NCBI GenBank assembly: GCA_032654565.1
Contig: JAULAX010000009.1
Location: forward strand, 32,001 to 96,000
Direction: 5' to 3'
DNA: 64,000 bases
Source of the DNA: Anaeromyxobacteraceae bacterium
Lineage (GTDB): Bacteria; Myxococcota; Myxococcia; Myxococcales; Anaeromyxobacteraceae
Below the pieces are notes generated by a model, which was given only the letters and a program-made list of their open reading frames with translations, did no database searches and had not been told where the DNA came from. Shown one piece after another: positions 58,736 through 64,000 of this stretch. The position numbers and the translations under genes were made by a program. Each line of letters starts with the position of its first letter. The stretch's first letter is position 1.

Positions 58736-59847
58736 GGCGCGCCGGGCTGGCCCTGGCCCTGGTCCTCGGGGTGGCGCTGCTCTTCGCCGCGGTGGTGGCC
58801 ACGCCGCCCCGGGGCGACCCGGCGCTGGCCCGCTTCCCCTCCACCGAGTCGACCTGGTCCGGTGGCGTGGCGGGCGCGGCGCGCTGGCTGGAGGCCACCG
58901 GTCGTCCCCACCGCCGCTGGGTGGGAGCGGCGACGCCGCCCGCGGCGGGCGAGGCGTGGCTGCTGCTGTCGCCGGCGGCCCCGCTCGGCGACCGCGAGGT
59001 GCAGGGGCTCCTCGACCACGCAGAGGCCGGGGGGCTGGTGGTCTGGGCGCTCGGCGACGGGGGCGAGCACCGGCAGCCGGCCCTGGCCCGGCGGCTCCAG
59101 GCGCGACGGGTGCCGGGCCGGGGGCTGCACACCGCCGCCCCGCTCTCGCCCCACCCGCTCTTCGACGGGATCTCGCTGCGCCTCGGCGGCGCCGGCGTGG
59201 CCTGCGACGCGCCGGGGGCCCGGACGGTGCTGGGCGACGCCGGGTGGGCCGCGGCGGTGGCCGTCCCGGTGGGGCGGGGCGAGGTGCTGCTGCTGGCCGG
59301 GCCGGAGCTGCTCGACAACGGCCACCTCGCCGAGCCCGACGCCCTGGACGTCTGGGTGAGGCTGGCGTCGCGGGGGCCGCTGGTCTTCGACGAGCGCTTC
59401 CTGCGCCCTGCGGCGGCCGGGCTGGTGGCCGGCGCCGGACCGCTGGCGCCGTTCGGGCTGCAGCTCGGCCTGCTGGTGCTGCTGCTCGGCGCCGCGCTCT
59501 GGCCGCGGCTCGGGGCCATCCGGCCGCCGCCGCCGCCGGGCCCGGGGCGGACCACCCGCGACTACCTGGCCGCGCTGGCCGAGCTCTACCGGCGCGCCGG
59601 AGCCGAACCGGAGCTGGCCGCCGCGGCCTGGGAGCGGCTGCGCCGGCGGCTGGAGCGCGAGGCCGGGGTGGCGGCCGGGCTCCCCGTCGAGGAGGCGGTG
59701 CGCCGGCTGGCGCCGACCGCCCCGGCCATGGCCGAGCCGCTGCGGCGCGGCGCGGCGGCGCTGGCCCGGGGTGGCCCGGGGTGCCTGCTGGCGGTGACCC
59801 GGGCCGCGGCCGACGTGCGGGCGGCCCGGCGCTGGCGCGGCCGCTGA
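58732..59847 (+). CDS. DUF4350-like protein
   Basis: PST...GG, GRGEVLLL...LLDN, LVFDE, RLG, ALAELYRRA. Confidence 0.78.
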   Translation: MRRAGLALALVLGVALLFAAVVATPPRGDPALARFPSTESTWSGGVAGAARWLEATGRPHRRWVGAATPPAAGEAWLLLSPAAPLGDREVQGLLDHAEAGGLVVWALGDGGEHRQPALARRLQARRVPGRGLHTAAPLSPHPLFDGISLRLGGAGVACDAPGARTVLGDAGWAAAVAVPVGRGEVLLLAGPELLDNGHLAEPDALDVWVRLASRGPLVFDERFLRPAAAGLVAGAGPLAPFGLQLGLLVLLLGAALWPRLGAIRPPPPPGPGRTTRDYLAALAELYRRAGAEPELAAAAWERLRRRLEREAGVAAGLPVEEAVRRLAPTAPAMAEPLRRGAAALARGGPGCLLAVTRAAADVRAARRWRGR

Positions 59848-59870
59848 AACCCGCGTGCTAGAGTCGGCGC

Positions 59871-60845
<975 letters not shown>

Positions 60846-60852
60846 CTCGGCC

Positions 60853-62181
60853 GTGCCCATCCCCTCCCCCCGCGCCCTCTGGCTGCTCGCCGCCGGGCTG
60901 GCCTGTCCGCTGCTGCTCGGCCCGGGCCGGGCCGGCCTGCTGGTCCTGGGGGCGTGGGACGCCGCGGTGCTCCTGCTCCTGCTCCTCGACGGGTGGCGGG
61001 CGCCGACCGCCGCGCTCTCCGCCGAGCGCCGGCTCCGCGAGCCGCTCACCGCCTTCGCCGCCTGCCCGGTCTCGGTGCGGCTGCGCTCCACCGCCGCCCG
61101 GCCGCTCTTCGTCGCCGTGGCCGACGCCCCGCCCCCCGGCTTCGACGCCGCCGGCCACCGGGGCCGGCTCACCGCGCCGCCGGGGACGGCGCCGGAGGAG
61201 GCCCGGCTCGACTACACCGTCACACCGCGGGCCCGCGGCCGGCACGCCTTCGGCGACCTCCACCTGCGGGTGCTCGGCCCGCTGGGGCTCGGCTGGCGGC
61301 CGGCGCGGCTGCCGCTCGGCCAGGTGGTCAGCGTCTACCCCGACCTCGGGCTGGCGCGGAGCCTGGCCACCCCCGACCTGGCCGCCGCGCCGGGGCCGGG
61401 CCGGGTGGGCCGGGAGCTCCGGCCGGGGCGGAGCGAGGGGCGCGAGTTCGCCGCCCTGCGCCACTACCAGGCCGGTGACGACCTGCGCTCGGTGGACTGG
61501 AAGGCCACGGCCAGGCGCGGCGCGCCGGTGGTGCGGGAGTGGCAGCCGGAGCGCAACCAGACCGTCTGGGTGCTGCTCGACTGCGGGCGCCACCTGGGGG
61601 CCCGGCTCGGCGACGGCCGGACCAAGCTGGACCGGGCCGTGGAGGCGGCGCTGTCGCTGGCGCGGGCCGCCGCCGAGCGGGGCGACAAGACCGGCCTCCT
61701 CCTCTTCGGGGCCGAGGTGGAGCGGGTGGTGCCGCCCGACGCCGGCAAGGCCCGGCTCGGGCCGCTGGCCGAGGCCCTCCACCTCGCCCAGTCACGGCCG
61801 GTGGAGTCGGACTTCGGCGCCGCCTTCGACCTGCTGCTGGCCCGCCAGCGCCGGCGCGCCCTGGTGGTGATCTTCACCGAGATCACCGACCCCGACGCCA
61901 CCGCGGCGCTGCTGGCCCGGGCCGAGGTGCTGCGGCGGCGCCACCTGGTGGCGGTGGCCTCGATCGCCGACCCCGACCTGGTGGCGGCCACCATGGCCCG
62001 GCCCGCCGACGAGGCCGGCGCCTTCGCCAGCGCCGCCGCCGGACGGATCCTCGAGGAGCGGGAGGGCTCGGAGCGGCGGCTGCAGGCGGCCGGCGTCACC
62101 GTGATCGGCGCCGATGAGCGCGGCCTGGCGGCGGCGGTGGTGGCGCGCTACGCGGCCATGAAGGAGCGCGGGCTGCTGTAG
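60853..62181 (+). CDS. DUF58 / vWA-like protein
   Basis: EFAALRHYQAGDDLRSVDWKATAR, LLDCGR, RRALVVIFT. Confidence 0.92.
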   Translation: MPIPSPRALWLLAAGLACPLLLGPGRAGLLVLGAWDAAVLLLLLLDGWRAPTAALSAERRLREPLTAFAACPVSVRLRSTAARPLFVAVADAPPPGFDAAGHRGRLTAPPGTAPEEARLDYTVTPRARGRHAFGDLHLRVLGPLGLGWRPARLPLGQVVSVYPDLGLARSLATPDLAAAPGPGRVGRELRPGRSEGREFAALRHYQAGDDLRSVDWKATARRGAPVVREWQPERNQTVWVLLDCGRHLGARLGDGRTKLDRAVEAALSLARAAAERGDKTGLLLFGAEVERVVPPDAGKARLGPLAEALHLAQSRPVESDFGAAFDLLLARQRRRALVVIFTEITDPDATAALLARAEVLRRRHLVAVASIADPDLVAATMARPADEAGAFASAAAGRILEEREGSERRLQAAGVTVIGADERGLAAAVVARYAAMKERGLL

Positions 62182-62216
62182 GGCAGCGCCCAGGCGCGCG
62201 CCGCCGGCCTGGGCGC

Positions 62217-63503
62217 TCAACGGCCAGTCGGCATTCCTGCTCCGAGAGGCGCTGCACCGGGCCGGGCACGACCCGGCAGCCGCCGCTGCACCGCCGCCAG
62301 CAGGACCGGCACCAGCAGCGCCACCGCCCCGGAGAAGAGGCTGAGCCCCAGCATGCCGCCGAGGCGCCCGTCCGGCTCCACCGTCAGCAGGCGGGTCGAG
62401 AGCCCGGCCCCGATGGCGCTGGCCAGGTGCTGCACCGCCGACTGCACCGACATGAAGCGGGCCCGCTCGGAGGGGCCCGGCACCCGCGAGGTGAGCGTGT
62501 TCATGGCCACGTTGCGGAGCGAGTTGCCCATCATGAAGAACACGAAGAGCACCACCACCGCGGCCAGCAGCGCCGAGGGGCTCCCGGCCACCGCCGGCAG
62601 CCAGGCCGAGGGCCAGGCGAAGCCGATCCCCAGCACGGCGACGAAGATGGCGGTGCCCCCCACCGAGACCACCGGCGCGCCGAAGCGGTCGACCCAGCGC
62701 CCGGCGATGCGCAGCGTGAAGAAGGCGATCGAGCCGCCCACCATGTAGACCAGCCCCAGCCGGTCGCGGGGGAAGCCGAGGTCGAAGCGCAGGTGGGAGG
62801 CGATGTTGGGGATGACGGCGAAGCCGGACATCATCGAGGTGGCGGTCGAGGCGAGCGAGAGCAGGGCCACCGGCTGCCTGAGGAGCGCCCGCACCGAGCC
62901 GCGCACCGCCCCCGGGGCCCGGGCCCGCTCCAGGTGGCCGGTCATGGGCGGCATCAGGAAGAGGGCGCCGCCGGCCACCAGCAGGCCGAGCATGGCCACC
63001 GAGAAGAAGGGGGTGCGCCAGGTGCCGAGGTGGGCCAGCTCCAGCCCGGCCGGCACGCCCAGCACCGAGGCCACCGAGAAGGCCCCCATGACCGCCCCCA
63101 GCGCCCGCCCCCGCCGCTCGGCCGGGACGGCGTCGGCGACGATGGAGAGGGCCAGCGAGGTGGCCGGGCCGCCGAAGAAGCCGGCCGCCACCCGGGCCGC
63201 GACCATGCTCCAGAAGCCGGTGGCCAGGCCGCCCGCGGCGGTGGCCACCACCAGCCCCAGCATGGCCACCGAGAGGGCGCTGCGGCGATCGAAGCGGTCG
63301 AGGAAGGCGGCGCCGGCCAGCCCCGAGACGGCGGCGGCGGCGGTGTAGGAGCCGCCGATCAGCCCGAGCTGCGAGGCGGGGATGCCGAGGCCGACCGCGA
63401 AGTCGGGGCCGAGCGGCATCACCATCATGAAGTCGAGGACGTTGACGAACTGGACCGCCCCGACCAGGAAGAGGAGCGCCCGCTCGGAGATGGACCGTGG
63501 CAC
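62217..63503 (-). CDS. MFS transporter
   Basis: LDFMMVMPLGP, DRFDRRSAL, RRGRALG; about 12 TM segments. Confidence 0.93.
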   Translation of the reverse strand: MPRSISERALLFLVGAVQFVNVLDFMMVMPLGPDFAVGLGIPASQLGLIGGSYTAAAAVSGLAGAAFLDRFDRRSALSVAMLGLVVATAAGGLATGFWSMVAARVAAGFFGGPATSLALSIVADAVPAERRGRALGAVMGAFSVASVLGVPAGLELAHLGTWRTPFFSVAMLGLLVAGGALFLMPPMTGHLERARAPGAVRGSVRALLRQPVALLSLASTATSMMSGFAVIPNIASHLRFDLGFPRDRLGLVYMVGGSIAFFTLRIAGRWVDRFGAPVVSVGGTAIFVAVLGIGFAWPSAWLPAVAGSPSALLAAVVVLFVFFMMGNSLRNVAMNTLTSRVPGPSERARFMSVQSAVQHLASAIGAGLSTRLLTVEPDGRLGGMLGLSLFSGAVALLVPVLLAAVQRRLPGRARPGAAPLGAGMPTGR

Positions 63504-63710
63504 GGGGGCGGGTTGTAACAGGAACCGCCGACCGGCGCCGGGGGCGGCCGGCCACGGCCCATCGTGGCTGCCTTCCCCATTCCCCCGCGATCACCAAGCT
63601 GCTACATTCACTCCCCCGGCGCCGCGAGGCGCCGGGCTCGCCCGGATGGCCGGGGAGTCGGTGGTGGACGGACCCGCGGGGCGGGTCCTGGGTCGGTGGG
63701 GAGGGTGGGG

Positions 63711-64000
63711 ATGGGCGTGGGGCCGGTCGTCGCGTCGCGCGTGCAGGGCGAGAAGCCCGCCGCGCTGACCCGTTTTCACCAGCGCATCGCCGCCGAGGCG
63801 CTCACCGCGCGCTCGGGCAGCGGCGCCTCGCGCCTGGCCCCGGCGCTGGCCCACTCGGCCGTCGACCTCAACCCCCACCAGATCGAGGCCGCCGCCTTCG
63901 CGCTGGCCTCGCTGGCCACCGGCGGCGCGGTGCTGGCCGACGAGGTCGGCCTGGGCAAGACCGTGGAGGCGGGCCTGGTGCTGGCCCAGCTGGCCGCCGA
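63711..64000 (+). CDS. SNF2-family helicase (5' part, runs off the window)
   Basis: Not in the ORF track; my translation gives VDLNPHQIEAA...GGAVLADEVGLGKTVEAG (motif I). Confidence 0.88.
   Translation, partial: MGVGPVVASRVQGEKPAALTRFHQRIAAEALTARSGSGASRLAPALAHSAVDLNPHQIEAAAFALASLATGGAVLADEVGLGKTVEAGLVLAQLAA

Overview
Very GC-rich bacterial chromosomal DNA. Gene content and protein style (Hanks-type Ser/Thr kinase with TPRs, PEGA and Big_2 lipoproteins, AddAB, hemX-hemA-hemC-hemD) suggest an Anaeromyxobacter-like member of the Myxococcota; this is inference. About 60 genes, mostly housekeeping: proC, truD, a heme operon, trxA, mreC-mreD-mrdA-rodA, a SurA/PpiD-like chaperone, maf, a Liv-type ABC transporter with an acyl-CoA ligase, yggS, class I aldolase, addAB, queD, a Crp regulator, thiS/thiG/thiE, a MoxR-DUF58 cluster, an MFS transporter and the start of an SNF2 helicase. 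Accessory stretches include a DUF222-like/HNH nuclease gene with a PafBC/RecA-NDp-like promoter and a structured 3' flank, a kinase-like + class III PLP enzyme + Ntn-hydrolase operon, and a VOC/ArsR islet. Many genes have a -10 box only 6-7 nt before the start codon, suggesting leaderless mRNAs. I saw no rRNA, tRNA, CRISPR array, integrase or transposase. Most long ORFs in the supplied track are GC-driven shadow frames. Family names come from motif recognition, not database searches.
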